Source: an uncultured archaeon
Lineage (GTDB): Archaea > Thermoproteota > Nitrososphaeria > Nitrososphaerales > Gagatemarchaeaceae
DNA: 64,000 nt
Direction of reading: 5' to 3'
Assembly (NCBI GenBank): GCA_963817525.1
Contig: CAWFOU010000001.1
Coordinates: forward strand, 384,001-448,000
Shown here: in pieces, positions 44,685-55,125 of the stretch
How positions within the stretch are numbered: position 1 is the first letter of the stretch
Layout of the letters: each line of letters begins with the position of its first letter
Translations under genes and position numbers: made by a program
Notes under the pieces: model-generated
The model's database searches: none
What the model was told of the DNA's origin: nothing
What the model saw: only the letters and a program-made list of their open reading frames with translations

Positions 44685-47135
44685 ATGACGAAGGAATTAC
44701 CGAAGAATATAACGAAAGCATTTAGGAAAAGTATTAAGAAAACATTAAGCAACACATCAATTCGCGCAATCGCGCTTAGCCTTCTTTTCATCGTATCGGG
44801 AATCGGAGCTTCAGTGCTCCTCAACCCAGCAGCAGCCACCCCCAACGCTGCAGCGCCCTCGGTCGCGGCACCGGTCGCGGCCCAGCCATCGCTGACGCAG
44901 GCGGAGGCGAACTGGGAGTTCCCGAACGGCAACGCCTTCAACCAGGACTACAACCCCCAAAGCCAGATCAACAGCTCCAACGTCCAGTATCTCGGACTGG
45001 CTTGGATCTATCCGCTCCCTAGCGCCCCAACGTCGCTGAACGCGATCAACCCGACGGGCGCGGGTGTCGGCGTGGGCATGGACATCATCATCGCCAACGG
45101 CACGGCCTTCGCAATCACCGTGTTCGACCAGGTCATCGCCTTCAACATCGCCAACGGCGACGTGCTCTGGACCTTCCTCTCGCCTCTTGCGGTCAACCAG
45201 ACCCAAGGACAGGCGACCGGACCTGTCCCGCTGCACGACCACGATGGCAATGAGTGGTTCTCCACCTCGACGTTCGGCGCCGGAGTGTCCGGCCCGACGC
45301 TGTGGTTCCAAGGAGAGAACAACCACGTCTACGCCATCGACGCCGTAACCGGCAAGCAGGAGCTGAACTTCAGCGACTTCACTGGCCTCAACATGGTGGC
45401 AGGCAACAACCCGCAGAGCATCTACAACGGGATCGGCGCCTCGAACATCGTCATCAACCAGCAGCTAGGAATCCTAGTCTCTGGCCACGACGCTGAGCTC
45501 GACGCCGACAACGGAAGAGGCTTCTTCGCGGGATGGAACCTGAACACCAACCCGGTCACCATGAAGTGGATCACCTACGACGTTCCTCCCCAACCAGGGA
45601 GCAACGTTGCGCTGAACCCATACTACGACCAGCAGCTAATCGCCAACATGACCACCGCGACCACCTTCTACCCTGGTGAGAACGGCACTACCAACGGGTA
45701 CACCACTCCCACCGAGGTCGCAGGCGGCGTCCTCAACAACGTCAACGACGACATCGTCGTCAACTGGAAGGCGCTGTCTCCGACTCAGCTCAACACAACC
45801 CTCTACAACGACTGGGGACAGTCCGACCAGACGGCCCAGTGCCTCGCCATCGACGGCGGTGGCTCTACGGGCTCCACAGGCTCCGCATGGGGCGGCGCTT
45901 GGGTGGTCGGCTCCGGGCAGAGCGCGGGCATGGTCTTCCTCGGCACCAACAACAAGGACCCGTTCGTAGGGCCTTGCAACCCAGGACCTGACCTCTGGTC
46001 AGCTTCAGTCCTCGGAATCAACATCACCACGGGCCACATCGTATGGGGCTTCCAGACAACGACTCACGACATCTGGGACTACGACTGCTCCTGGTACCAA
46101 GCACTAGCCAACGCGACTGTAGCGGGCGTCAACACTGAGGTCATCCTGAAGACGTGCAAGGACGGATACCTCTTTGAGATCAACGCCCTCACAGGCAATC
46201 TCATCTGGGCATGGGACCCACCCGCAGGCTCAGAGGCACCCGGATCGACAAGATGCCCGGTCTGCTTCCCCATGAACCCGATGAACGCGTCACAGACCGG
46301 CGCAGACTTCCCGTCCGCGCTGACCAACTGCGCACCAGCATACACCATCGCGTGCCTGAGGGGCTCTCAGCCTCCGTTCCTCCAGTGGCCATCTGAACTG
46401 GCCGGCTTCGAGGACGAGCAGGCGTTCGACCCAGCCGTAGGCCTCATCTACGCAACCTCGCACCTTGTGCCCTTCTACATGGCCTACCTAGGCCTCAACT
46501 CGTCGTCCTACTTCTCCTCCACAGGAGAATCGACCACAGCGTGTCCCACGTGCGGTACACTGACAGACAACGCAACGACGTGGGCCATCTACGCCAGCAA
46601 CGGGACCGTCAAGTGGCACAACCTAGTCTCGAATGTCTTCGGATACCGCGGCCAGACCGACGTCAGCGGTAACGTGGTATACACCGTCGAGGCATCGGGC
46701 AACATCGGCATGGTGAACGCCAATACAGGGACCCTCATCAAGGACTACTACATCGGCGCTTCGATGGACATTGGCGTGTCGATCGGGGCAGCGGACAACG
46801 GGCAGGAGTACATCATCACACCCGTCGGGGGATGCGGTGATACAGACTCTGCCTGCGCAACATCGCCAGGCGACATCGTCGCCCTGACCTTGACCAGCGT
46901 CCCGCCGGCATCCACATCGACCACCACGGTGGTCAGTTCAAGCACAACAACAGTAACCAGCATCTCAACCGCAACCAGCGTCTCAGCATCCACAGCAACT
47001 TCAATCACGACAGTCACATCCACATCCAGCACAGGAGTCTCGTCGACAGCACTCTACGGAGTCGCCATAGTCGCCGTGATCTTCATCATAGCTACGGGCT
47101 ATCTTGCCATGCGTGGCAGGAAGCCCGCCTCCTAA
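44685..47135 (+). CDS. Membrane-anchored PQQ-dependent dehydrogenase-like beta-propeller protein, paralog 1
   Basis: QINSSNV..L..AW, Trp-docking repeats, RG(F), GTNN, PGPDLWSAS, WGFQTTTHDIWDYD and KDGYLF; C-terminal S/T linker and TM. Confidence 0.85.
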   Translation: MTKELPKNITKAFRKSIKKTLSNTSIRAIALSLLFIVSGIGASVLLNPAAATPNAAAPSVAAPVAAQPSLTQAEANWEFPNGNAFNQDYNPQSQINSSNVQYLGLAWIYPLPSAPTSLNAINPTGAGVGVGMDIIIANGTAFAITVFDQVIAFNIANGDVLWTFLSPLAVNQTQGQATGPVPLHDHDGNEWFSTSTFGAGVSGPTLWFQGENNHVYAIDAVTGKQELNFSDFTGLNMVAGNNPQSIYNGIGASNIVINQQLGILVSGHDAELDADNGRGFFAGWNLNTNPVTMKWITYDVPPQPGSNVALNPYYDQQLIANMTTATTFYPGENGTTNGYTTPTEVAGGVLNNVNDDIVVNWKALSPTQLNTTLYNDWGQSDQTAQCLAIDGGGSTGSTGSAWGGAWVVGSGQSAGMVFLGTNNKDPFVGPCNPGPDLWSASVLGINITTGHIVWGFQTTTHDIWDYDCSWYQALANATVAGVNTEVILKTCKDGYLFEINALTGNLIWAWDPPAGSEAPGSTRCPVCFPMNPMNASQTGADFPSALTNCAPAYTIACLRGSQPPFLQWPSELAGFEDEQAFDPAVGLIYATSHLVPFYMAYLGLNSSSYFSSTGESTTACPTCGTLTDNATTWAIYASNGTVKWHNLVSNVFGYRGQTDVSGNVVYTVEASGNIGMVNANTGTLIKDYYIGASMDIGVSIGAADNGQEYIITPVGGCGDTDSACATSPGDIVALTLTSVPPASTSTTTVVSSSTTTVTSISTATSVSASTATSITTVTSTSSTGVSSTALYGVAIVAVIFIIATGYLAMRGRKPAS

Positions 47136-47153
47136 GGGGTAAAACCCAATAGC

Positions 47154-47195
47154 GGGTGCCCCCTTCGGGGGGCATCCTCATTCCTTTTTCTTATC
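47154..47195 (+). terminator. GC hairpin followed by T-rich tract
   Basis: GGGTGCCCCC-TTCG-GGGGGCATCC then TTCCTTTTTCTT; conserved behind paralog 2. Confidence 0.65.
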
Positions 47196-47360
47196 TATCT
47201 CAAGCAATAATTCCGTACCCGGGCGCCTCGCCGGACCGCGCGAGCCTCACTTGAGAAGCCCGCGCAACTTCCCGACGATGCGAGCGACCAAAGGATCCTA
47301 TGCCCAAGGTCATCCCGGGACGGCACATTTCATAAGTAGGCTCATTCCCGCCGAGCGGTC

Positions 47361-48128
47361 GTGCCGCCGTTCGCCAAGCCAGAAGAGGTGAGGATCGTCC
47401 CATTGGATGGCCTCAAGAGGGTGGAGCCCGGCGACGACCTCGGAGCGCTGATAACGGGAGCCCTTCGCAGGAAGGGCTTCCACCTCGCCCACGACGACAT
47501 AGTCGTGGTGACCCAGAAGATCGTCTCGAAGAGCGAAGGAAGGCTCGTGAGATTGGAGGAGGTCGAGCCCTCGAGGCGAGCGACCTCGATAGCGAAGGAG
47601 CTGGGTAAGGACCCGCGGGTGGTGGAGCTGGCGCTCAACGAGTCAAGACGGATCGTGAGGAAGGGGCACGGCATCCTCATAACCGAGACGCATCATGGCT
47701 TCGTCTGCGCCAATTCCGGACTGGACATGTCGAACGTGGACGAGGGGTACGTCGCCCTCCTCCCGGTCGACCCGGACGCCAGCGCTCGGGCGATCCGGAC
47801 CAGCCTCGAGAAGAAGACCAAGAAAAGGCTCGCGGTGATAGTGACGGACACCTTCGGGAGGCCGTGGCGGGAGGGGCAGACCGACGTCGCGATAGGCTGC
47901 TCGGGCATCGCCCCCACTCTCAGGCTCACGGGCAAGAAGGACCCCTACGGGTACGTCCTGAAGGTGACCCAGCCCGCCATCGCGGACGAGGTGGCGGGAG
48001 CAGCGGAGCTCGTGATGCAGAAGCTCGCCCTCGTCCCGGTCGCGATAGTCAGAGGCGTCGGCTACGACCGCGACGACTCCGGCGCCAAGAGCATGGTCCT
48101 TAAGGAAGGCCTGGACCTTTTCAGGTGA
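47361..48128 (+). CDS. cofE: Coenzyme F420-0:L-glutamate ligase
   Basis: KIVSKSEG, CANSGLDMSN and TDTFGRPWREG motifs. Confidence 0.95.
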   Translation: MPPFAKPEEVRIVPLDGLKRVEPGDDLGALITGALRRKGFHLAHDDIVVVTQKIVSKSEGRLVRLEEVEPSRRATSIAKELGKDPRVVELALNESRRIVRKGHGILITETHHGFVCANSGLDMSNVDEGYVALLPVDPDASARAIRTSLEKKTKKRLAVIVTDTFGRPWREGQTDVAIGCSGIAPTLRLTGKKDPYGYVLKVTQPAIADEVAGAAELVMQKLALVPVAIVRGVGYDRDDSGAKSMVLKEGLDLFR

Positions 48129-48135
48129 GCTATTC

Positions 48136-49071
48136 GTGAACAAGGCACCGGAGGCCGTGGTCGCCCTCTCGGGCGGGACTGGGTCGGCGAAGTTCCTTCG
48201 CGGGCTTCAAAGGCTGACCAAGTTCGCCGTGGTGGCGAACGTGGGGGACAACTCCTGGTTCCACGGCCTCTATGTCTGTCCAGACATCGACACGGTGACC
48301 TACACACTGGCCGGGATCGCCGACTCGGAGAGGGGCTGGGGGGTCGAGGGAGACCAGTTCACGGTCCTGGGCCAGTTGAAGCGGCTCGGGGCAAGAGACA
48401 CTTGGTTCAACATCGGCGACCTCGACCTCGCCACCGACATCCTCAGGACGGCGCTGATGAGGGAGGGGAAGAGCCTCACTGAGGTGACGTCCATCATCGC
48501 GGAGAGGCTCGGCGTCGAGGGGTGCAGGATAATCCCAGCCACGGACCAGCACATGGAGACGCGCGTGAGGACGGCTGACGGCGCAGACCTGCACCTTCAA
48601 GAGTTCTGGGTGAAGGCGAGGGGGAGGCCGACGCCAAAGGGGGTGCGATACGTAGGCGCCCGCACGGCCAGGCCGAGCGCCGAGGCCGCGATGAGCATCG
48701 CCACCGCCAAGAGGATCGTCGTCTGCCCGGCTAACCCGATAACTAGCATACTCCCGACCCTGTCGATACCCGGGTTCAGAAGCGCGCTGCGAAAGTCCGG
48801 CGCGAGGAGGGTCGCCGTGTCGCCCATGATCGGCCAAGGGGCGTTCTCCGGACCTGCAGCCGGATTGATGGCAGCCAGGGGGCTGAAGCCCAATTCCGAG
48901 AGCGTCGCGATGCTCTACAAGGGCCTCGTAGACGTGCTCGTGCTCGACGAGAGCGACCGGTCGGAGGCAAAGGCGATAGAGAAGGTGGGGGTCTCCTGCC
49001 TTTTTACGTCAACGTTAATGAGCTCTCGCGACGATGAGGTGAGGCTGGCGAAGGTCGCGATGGAAGCATGA
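48136..49071 (+). CDS. cofD: 2-phospho-L-lactate transferase
   Basis: LSGGTGSAKFLRG, CPDIDTV, GDLDLAT, PANPITSI and SGPA motifs. Confidence 0.95.
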   Translation: MNKAPEAVVALSGGTGSAKFLRGLQRLTKFAVVANVGDNSWFHGLYVCPDIDTVTYTLAGIADSERGWGVEGDQFTVLGQLKRLGARDTWFNIGDLDLATDILRTALMREGKSLTEVTSIIAERLGVEGCRIIPATDQHMETRVRTADGADLHLQEFWVKARGRPTPKGVRYVGARTARPSAEAAMSIATAKRIVVCPANPITSILPTLSIPGFRSALRKSGARRVAVSPMIGQGAFSGPAAGLMAARGLKPNSESVAMLYKGLVDVLVLDESDRSEAKAIEKVGVSCLFTSTLMSSRDDEVRLAKVAMEA

Positions 49072-49739
49072 GCGCGAGGCATCGGACGGCGGTCGTCGTC
49101 CCCGTGAAGGGAGAGAACCCCAAGACGCGGCTGTCAGCGCTTCTCACACCCGCCCAGAGGCGACAGCTCCAAGTAGCCATGTTGGAGGACACCCTCCAGA
49201 CCCTGATGAAGGCGCGCATGGTCGGGGACACCTTCGTTGTCTCCTCTGACGCGAACATGCTAGAGTTCGCAAAGAGGTTCGGCGCCCGTGCCATCACAGA
49301 GCCCGGGGACGCCGGTGTGAATTCGGCCGTCAGCCGCGGGCTGGAGGAGACCTCGGGGTACGAGAGGCAGGTGGTCATCCCAGCTGACCTCCCGCTCCTC
49401 GCCGTCGAGGACCTGAAGGCTGGGCCGATGCTGGCGCGGGAGGGCGCCCAGGTGGTGATGTCGCCGTCCGAGACCTTCGACGGCACCAACATGCTGCTCT
49501 TGACGCGGGGGGTTGGGCTCCCTTTGCACTACGACGACGACAGCTTCCGAAAACACTTCGCCAGCGCGACCGCGCGCAGGCTGCGCGTGGCCGTCTACTA
49601 CTCTAGGGGCGTGGGGTTCGACGTCGACAGGCCCGCCGACGTCCACCGGTTCTTCAAGTACAACAAGCGAGGGAGCACTCTCACCTTCCTGGGAAGGACC
49701 TTGAGGATGCCGCAGAAGCCCCGCCCCCAGCGCCGGTGA
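49068..49739 (+). CDS. cofC: 2-phospho-L-lactate (or PEP) guanylyltransferase
   Basis: VPVK..KTRLS, PADLP, GTN, SF..H and DVD.P.D motifs. Confidence 0.92.
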   Translation: MSARHRTAVVVPVKGENPKTRLSALLTPAQRRQLQVAMLEDTLQTLMKARMVGDTFVVSSDANMLEFAKRFGARAITEPGDAGVNSAVSRGLEETSGYERQVVIPADLPLLAVEDLKAGPMLAREGAQVVMSPSETFDGTNMLLLTRGVGLPLHYDDDSFRKHFASATARRLRVAVYYSRGVGFDVDRPADVHRFFKYNKRGSTLTFLGRTLRMPQKPRPQRR

Positions 49740-49749
49740 GGCGCCCGCC

Positions 49750-50529
49750 TCACATCTCTTCCATGTTCGAAGAGAGCATCGCCAAAAGCTTGTCGACCGT
49801 CTCGAAGAAGAGAGGATCGCGGAGGTGCTCGAACCTCGGACGGGGCAAAGGTACCTTGAGCTCCCCCACCACCCTTCCAGGCCGGGGGGACAAGACTATG
49901 ATGCGGTCTGCCATCATCACAGCCTCCTCCACGTTGTGGGTCACCATTACGAAGTTGTTGGTGGGGAGCGACGGGTCGCCCCAGATCTTGAGGAGCAGGA
50001 CGCGGAGCGACTTGGCGGTGAGCTCGTCCAGAGCGGAGAACGGCTCATCGAGGAGGAGCACCTCAGGCCCGAGAGCCAGCGCTCTCGCGACGCCGACCCT
50101 CTGCCGCATCCCGCCCGAGAGGTCGTGGGGATACGCGTTCTCGAACATGCCCAACCCGACCATCCTGAGGTAGCGGTCCGCGCGCGACTTGGCCTCCGCC
50201 TTTTCGATCCCTACCACCTCCATCGGCAGCTCGACGTTCTCGATGGAGTTCTTCCAAGGCAGGAGCCCGAACGTCTGGAACACCATGGTAACCTTCGGGG
50301 TCGGACCGGTCTTGGGCTCGCCCCGGAAGAGGATCTGCCCTGAGGTGGCCGTCTCGAGTCCGGCGATTATCCTCAGGAGGGTGGACTTGCCGCAGCCGGA
50401 CGGCCCTATGATGCAGACGAACTCGTCGTGGTTGACGTCGAAGCTGACGTCGTCTATCGCCTTGACCTCAGAGCCGTTCTTGAAGACCTTGACGATGTCC
50501 TTGACGCTCAGTATCGGGGTGCTGCTCAA
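49750..50529 (-). CDS. NitT/TauT-family ABC transporter ATP-binding protein
   Basis: GPSGCGKST, LSGGMRQR and LLLDEPFSALD; TTG start overlaps the permease stop. Confidence 0.93.
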   Translation of the reverse strand: MSSTPILSVKDIVKVFKNGSEVKAIDDVSFDVNHDEFVCIIGPSGCGKSTLLRIIAGLETATSGQILFRGEPKTGPTPKVTMVFQTFGLLPWKNSIENVELPMEVVGIEKAEAKSRADRYLRMVGLGMFENAYPHDLSGGMRQRVGVARALALGPEVLLLDEPFSALDELTAKSLRVLLLKIWGDPSLPTNNFVMVTHNVEEAVMMADRIIVLSPRPGRVVGELKVPLPRPRFEHLRDPLFFETVDKLLAMLSSNMEEM

Positions 50530-52178
50530 TTGAACTCCACTCCGAACCTCTCCACACGCCTCAGGAGCCGCCTCCAGACCAGACGCTCTAATAGGATTAC
50601 TATCCCCGACATTATGAACAAGAAGAAGATGACGAGCGGGATGTCGCCCAGCACGTAGGCGGCGTTGTCCAGAAGATAGCCGAGGCCCGGCAGGACGTAG
50701 GGCGTGCTCTGCCCGGCCAGCTGCACGTACTCCGAGTAGATCACCACGTTCCACCCGCCGCCCCAAGCCAAGAGGGAGCCGGTGATGAACGCGGGGAGCA
50801 CTGCGGGAAGGATTATGTCGGTGACCCGTCTCCATCCCTGCACGCTGAAGATCGACGAGACCTCCAGGAGCTCAGCCGGGAGGGCGCGGGCCGCCGTGAC
50901 GACGTTGAAGAGGAGGTACCAGACCATCGCGAGCATGAGGAGGATGAAGGACGCTATCTCCTGGCTTATCCCCGCCGAGAGATACCCGTGCAGGGTGACG
51001 AAGAGCGGGAGGAAGATCGCGAGGTACGGGACCGACCTCCCCAGGTCGTAGAGAGGGTAGAAGTAACGATAGAAGTTCTTCTTGGTCACGGCCAGGACTG
51101 CGCACGTGAGGGAGATGGCCACGCAGGTGATGTAGGCGGCGAACAGCCTTCCTACCGTGAAGAGGGAGTAGAGTGGGACGTTCTCCAGCTGTCCGCCCGG
51201 CTTGGTGAGGGCCGAGACGAACCTTTGGAGCCCGCCTATGGGTAGGTGGGCGTAGACCAAGAACCCCACCAGTAGGAGGACGACGATGAAGAGCGCGGCG
51301 AGCACCCTGGTGCTTATCTGGTCGGAGACCCGGACCATCTGCGAGACCTGTCTCACTCGGAGCCCGAATATCCGTCTGAAACGCCTCCGGATCCCCAGGG
51401 GTGATTGGAGGTCCGGTCTTACTATGCTCGCCAACATCGGCTTGTGTGCGGCCACCCTGTTCTGGAGGTTGTGCCAGATGAGCTGGTTAGAGATGAAGAT
51501 GATCTCCCCCATGATCAGCACGCCATACCAGGAGTCGATGACGTGACCCTGCTGCGTCGCGAACTCTATGTAGGAGCCGAGGCCGGTGACGGTGTAAGTC
51601 GTCAGCGTCCCTGCGCTGTTGGCGAATTGGACGAACTCGGCCGCGACATCGAACGTCCAGCCATCGTTCCAGGCGAGTACCGATGCCGACAGGAGGGCGG
51701 GCAGCACGGCGGGGAGGACGACGTATCTGAGGTGGTTGGAGCCCGTGAAGCCATAGCCGCGGGCCGCCTCTTCGACCGAGCTCGGGATGTTCTTGACCGC
51801 TCCCACAACTCCGAAGAAAATGTCCCACTCCATTGCGGTGAATAGGAGGAAGTCCGCGCCTATCTCGTTTCCAACGCCGTGAGGGAACGCGATTATCAGG
51901 AAGGTCAGCACAACCGGAAAATACCCGAGGATGGGCACGCTCTGCCCGATGTCGAACAGGGGGACGAGGACTCGTTCTGCGTGTCTGTTCGTGGCCGCGA
52001 GGATCCCGAAGGCCAGCCCCACGCCCAGGGATATGAAATAAACGATCGCTATGCGTCCGATTGAGAGAAGCGCGTAGTAGGGGATGTCCATGACGGCGGG
52101 AGCGCCCAGGAAATGCACCCCGAGGAGGTACGTCGCAGCTAGGACAACGATGGCCGCCAGAGCTCGCAGGCCGCGCAC
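50526..52178 (-). CDS. NitT/TauT-family ABC transporter permease with two fused TM domains
   Basis: Duplicated D..QSVP / D..RSVP and EAA-loop segments. Confidence 0.9.
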   Translation of the reverse strand: MRGLRALAAIVVLAATYLLGVHFLGAPAVMDIPYYALLSIGRIAIVYFISLGVGLAFGILAATNRHAERVLVPLFDIGQSVPILGYFPVVLTFLIIAFPHGVGNEIGADFLLFTAMEWDIFFGVVGAVKNIPSSVEEAARGYGFTGSNHLRYVVLPAVLPALLSASVLAWNDGWTFDVAAEFVQFANSAGTLTTYTVTGLGSYIEFATQQGHVIDSWYGVLIMGEIIFISNQLIWHNLQNRVAAHKPMLASIVRPDLQSPLGIRRRFRRIFGLRVRQVSQMVRVSDQISTRVLAALFIVVLLLVGFLVYAHLPIGGLQRFVSALTKPGGQLENVPLYSLFTVGRLFAAYITCVAISLTCAVLAVTKKNFYRYFYPLYDLGRSVPYLAIFLPLFVTLHGYLSAGISQEIASFILLMLAMVWYLLFNVVTAARALPAELLEVSSIFSVQGWRRVTDIILPAVLPAFITGSLLAWGGGWNVVIYSEYVQLAGQSTPYVLPGLGYLLDNAAYVLGDIPLVIFFLFIMSGIVILLERLVWRRLLRRVERFGVEFN

Positions 52179-52236
52179 GACGAGATACCTGGGGTCTGCG
52201 CGCCTAGCTTGACGTTATAGGGATTTCCTGTGTTGC

Positions 52237-52740
52237 TCACGCGATGTAAGAGGTGCTCGAGGTGTCGAACTTCTTGACCGTCTCGAAGCTCCCGTTGTCC
52301 CTGAACATCGCGAACTCCGTGATCTCTGGGAAGAACTTGTCCAGCGAGCTCACTGCCATCTCCCCGGCGATGTGGTCCCTCCCAACGTAGGCCTCGGTGA
52401 CCCTCTTAGAGAGCTCCCTCACCTGGGCGTCGTCCTCGAAGCCGAGTGTGTGCAGGTACTCGTGGAGGAGTATCATGAAGGTGTACGCGTTCCGCGTCCT
52501 CTTCGACTCCGTCGACCTCCAGACGATCTTCATGATGTTCCTGTTCATCACAATGGCGTTGGAGCCCATCTCGTGGTAGGCCCCGACCTGGTTGGGTATG
52601 TCCCCCAAAACCAAGGTCAGCCCTGCCCGGTGAACGCCGAGGACCTGGTCGACGGCCTTCTTGACCAGCTCGAAGATCTCGTCGAAGCCGTTCGCGGACG
52701 CCAGCTTCCTCTCGTTCTCACGCCACTCGATATCAGTCAT
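52237..52740 (-). CDS. Conserved archaeal protein with HExxH zincin-like motif
   Basis: LLHEYLHTLG...D motif. Confidence 0.75.
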   Translation of the reverse strand: MTDIEWRENERKLASANGFDEIFELVKKAVDQVLGVHRAGLTLVLGDIPNQVGAYHEMGSNAIVMNRNIMKIVWRSTESKRTRNAYTFMILLHEYLHTLGFEDDAQVRELSKRVTEAYVGRDHIAGEMAVSSLDKFFPEITEFAMFRDNGSFETVKKFDTSSTSYIA

Positions 52741-52785
52741 GCGCTACAGAGTTTTCGAGGGGGTCCCGTATAAGCTATTCCTCGC

Positions 52786-53664
52786 CTACAGCGAGGAGCG
52801 CCCGCAGCTGGGGCAGAAGGTAGCTCCCCCCAGCTTGGCGCCGCAGTACTTGCACTTGTCGGGCTCGGGCTTGGGCTCGAGGTTCTTGATGGAGCGGCCG
52901 CCGAGAAACACGGCCAGTTCGAGCAGTGTGATTATGGGGATGAACAGGATTATGTCGAGGATGGGCCCTCCGTCCGGGGTGATGATTGCCGTCGCTATGT
53001 AGACGATCACCCAGATGATCACTCTGTTCTTCGTGAAGGTCTGGGGACTGAGGACCCTGAAGCGGATGAGCGCGAAGACGTAGACGGGGGTCGTGAAGGC
53101 CACCCCGCTCATCCCGATGACGAGGAAGACGATGAAGTAGAAGTTCGAGACGTCGATGAGAGGCAGTGCCTGCGCGGTCGCGAAGAAGGGCGAGATGGCG
53201 ATGAAGAGGAACTTGGCCAGCAGGAAGTAGCCGAAGAGGACCCCGACCGCGAAGAGCGCCGACGACGACACGACGAAGGGGTAGAGGAGGCCCTTCTCCC
53301 TCTCGGTCAGCGCGGGTGTGATGAACTTCATCGTCTCGTAGGCGAAGATGGGGCCGTTGAAGACGGCCGCCAGGATCACGGAGGCGACAAGGTACACCAT
53401 GAGGGGCTCGCTGAGGTTGCTGGCGATCAGCGTCCAGCCGGCGGGCAGGAGGTCGAGTTTCACCCTTGCGAGGAAGAAGGCCACGAAGGGGACGTATGTC
53501 CCGGTGAAGGTGATGGCCTTGGAAGGCTCGGCGGGAGCCAACATCAAGATCGCGAGGAGGACTACGTAGCTGAGGAAGGCGACTTTCATCCGGTGCTTGA
53601 GCTCGCCGATGTGCTCGCCGATGTTGAGGGACTCGCCGCTCACCGGATCGCCCCTTTCAGGCAA
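52786..53664 (-). CDS. tatC: Twin-arginine translocase subunit TatC with C-terminal Zn-ribbon
   Basis: EHIGELKHR, FITPAL..E and AIITPD motifs; CKYC...CPSC tail. Confidence 0.93.
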   Translation of the reverse strand: MPERGDPVSGESLNIGEHIGELKHRMKVAFLSYVVLLAILMLAPAEPSKAITFTGTYVPFVAFFLARVKLDLLPAGWTLIASNLSEPLMVYLVASVILAAVFNGPIFAYETMKFITPALTEREKGLLYPFVVSSSALFAVGVLFGYFLLAKFLFIAISPFFATAQALPLIDVSNFYFIVFLVIGMSGVAFTTPVYVFALIRFRVLSPQTFTKNRVIIWVIVYIATAIITPDGGPILDIILFIPIITLLELAVFLGGRSIKNLEPKPEPDKCKYCGAKLGGATFCPSCGRSSL

Positions 53665-53793
53665 CCCACAGCGGGGAGGATGTGAGAGAGGACCTCGCCT
53701 CGGCTGGCGGTCAAGCGTTGGCGACCTAGGAACTTCTCGATTTAAACGATTGAAACTCTATTTTCAGGCGCGGAGGGCTCGACGAGGCATGCG

Positions 53794-54075
53794 CTAGGTT
53801 CCGGCCGTCTTGCGGACGATTTCAGCGGAGATCTGCTCCCTGGTCTTGCCCTCAGTGGAGATTCCAAGCTTCCTCGCAGCCACCATGAGGTCGTCCTCTG
53901 CGTTGGTCGCCCCCGCCATGCCGGCGCCGGCCGCCTGAGGAGTGGATGCCGCTCCCGCGTTGAACTCCTTCTTGGCCGAGCCCAGCGCCCGCGCGAGTTC
54001 GGGGATCCTCTTTGGTCCCATGACCACTACGACGACTATGATGATTCCTATAATCACCAGCTCTATAGGGTCCAT
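53794..54075 (-). CDS. tatA: Twin-arginine translocase subunit TatA
   Basis: TM then GPKRIPELARALGSAKKEF; archaeal LGISTEGKT tail. Confidence 0.93.
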   Translation of the reverse strand: MDPIELVIIGIIIVVVVVMGPKRIPELARALGSAKKEFNAGAASTPQAAGAGMAGATNAEDDLMVAARKLGISTEGKTREQISAEIVRKTAGT

Positions 54076-54200
54076 TCTTGCGAAACGTCCGCGCGGAGCT
54101 ATTTACGCTTTGCGAGCGGGAATAATGCTACAGCCATCCGTGCTTGGTCGTCCGATGCAGACAGAAGACTTATCACGACCACGAAAAGGCTGCGATTTTG

Positions 54201-55094
54201 ATGAGCTCCGTAGTCTCCACCGTGAAGCTCTACTGGGAGCTCTCCAAACCGAAGATCATCATGCTGCTGGTCTTCACCGGCATCGCCGGGATGCTCGTGG
54301 CCTACAAGGAAGTGCACCCTACCCCCTCGCCGGACTCGCTATTCGCGTCGTTGGCGGTGGGTTTTGTCGCCATCCTGCTAGGCTCGATGGGGGCCGAGGT
54401 GCTCACGAACTATCACGACCGAGACATCGACAGCATGCTGAAGCGGACGCACAACCGCCCGATCCCCTCAGGCAGGGTCACGCCGCGCAACGCCCTGATT
54501 TTCGGGCTGGTGACCTCCGTGCTCTCCGTCCTGCTGTGCCTTTACTTCAACCCGCTCGCCGCTGGCTGCATGCTGTTCGGCCTGGTGGACAATGTCGGTG
54601 TCTATTCGCTTTGGCTCAAGCGGAGGAGCTGGCTCAACATCATCCTAGGGGGCATCTCGGGCGGGATGCCGGTTCTGGTAGGATACACCGCCATCGCTGA
54701 CACGATCACGCCCCTTGCTCTCTTCATGTCCGCCCTGGTGATAGTATGGATTCCCACGCACATCTGGAGCCTGGCCATCAAGGAGAGGGAGGAGTACAGG
54801 GCCGCGAAGATACCGATGCTCCCGGTAATCGTCAGCGAGAGGGTGGCCACGGTCTGCATCGCGATAACCAGCTCACTCCTGGTCGTCTTCTCCCTGGCAA
54901 TCCTCTTTGTGCCCAACGCGGCGAGCCTCTTCTACATCGTGTCCGCCGCGGCGCTGGGGGCCGTGATATTGGGCTACAGCGTGAAGCTGGTCATAGACAA
55001 GACCACCAAGACGGCGTGGACCCTGTTCAAGCTCTCGAGCCCCTATCTCACCGTCATCTTCATAGTCATCGTCCTGAACATCTGGCTGTTCTGA
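54201..55094 (+). CDS. cyoE: Protoheme IX farnesyltransferase (heme O synthase)
   Basis: LSKPKI, NYHDRDID..LKRT.NRPIPSG, LKRR..NI..GG and WIPTHIW..EY...PMLP. Confidence 0.95.
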   Translation: MSSVVSTVKLYWELSKPKIIMLLVFTGIAGMLVAYKEVHPTPSPDSLFASLAVGFVAILLGSMGAEVLTNYHDRDIDSMLKRTHNRPIPSGRVTPRNALIFGLVTSVLSVLLCLYFNPLAAGCMLFGLVDNVGVYSLWLKRRSWLNIILGGISGGMPVLVGYTAIADTITPLALFMSALVIVWIPTHIWSLAIKEREEYRAAKIPMLPVIVSERVATVCIAITSSLLVVFSLAILFVPNAASLFYIVSAAALGAVILGYSVKLVIDKTTKTAWTLFKLSSPYLTVIFIVIVLNIWLF

Positions 55095-55125
55095 CCTCTG
55101 CCCAGCCTAAGGAAGCGTCTGCATA

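Noticed and set aside
49750-52178. ABC transporter lacking a substrate-binding protein as a novel system
   Set aside because: Two-gene NitT/TauT-type loci with a fused double permease are common, and a binding protein could be encoded elsewhere.
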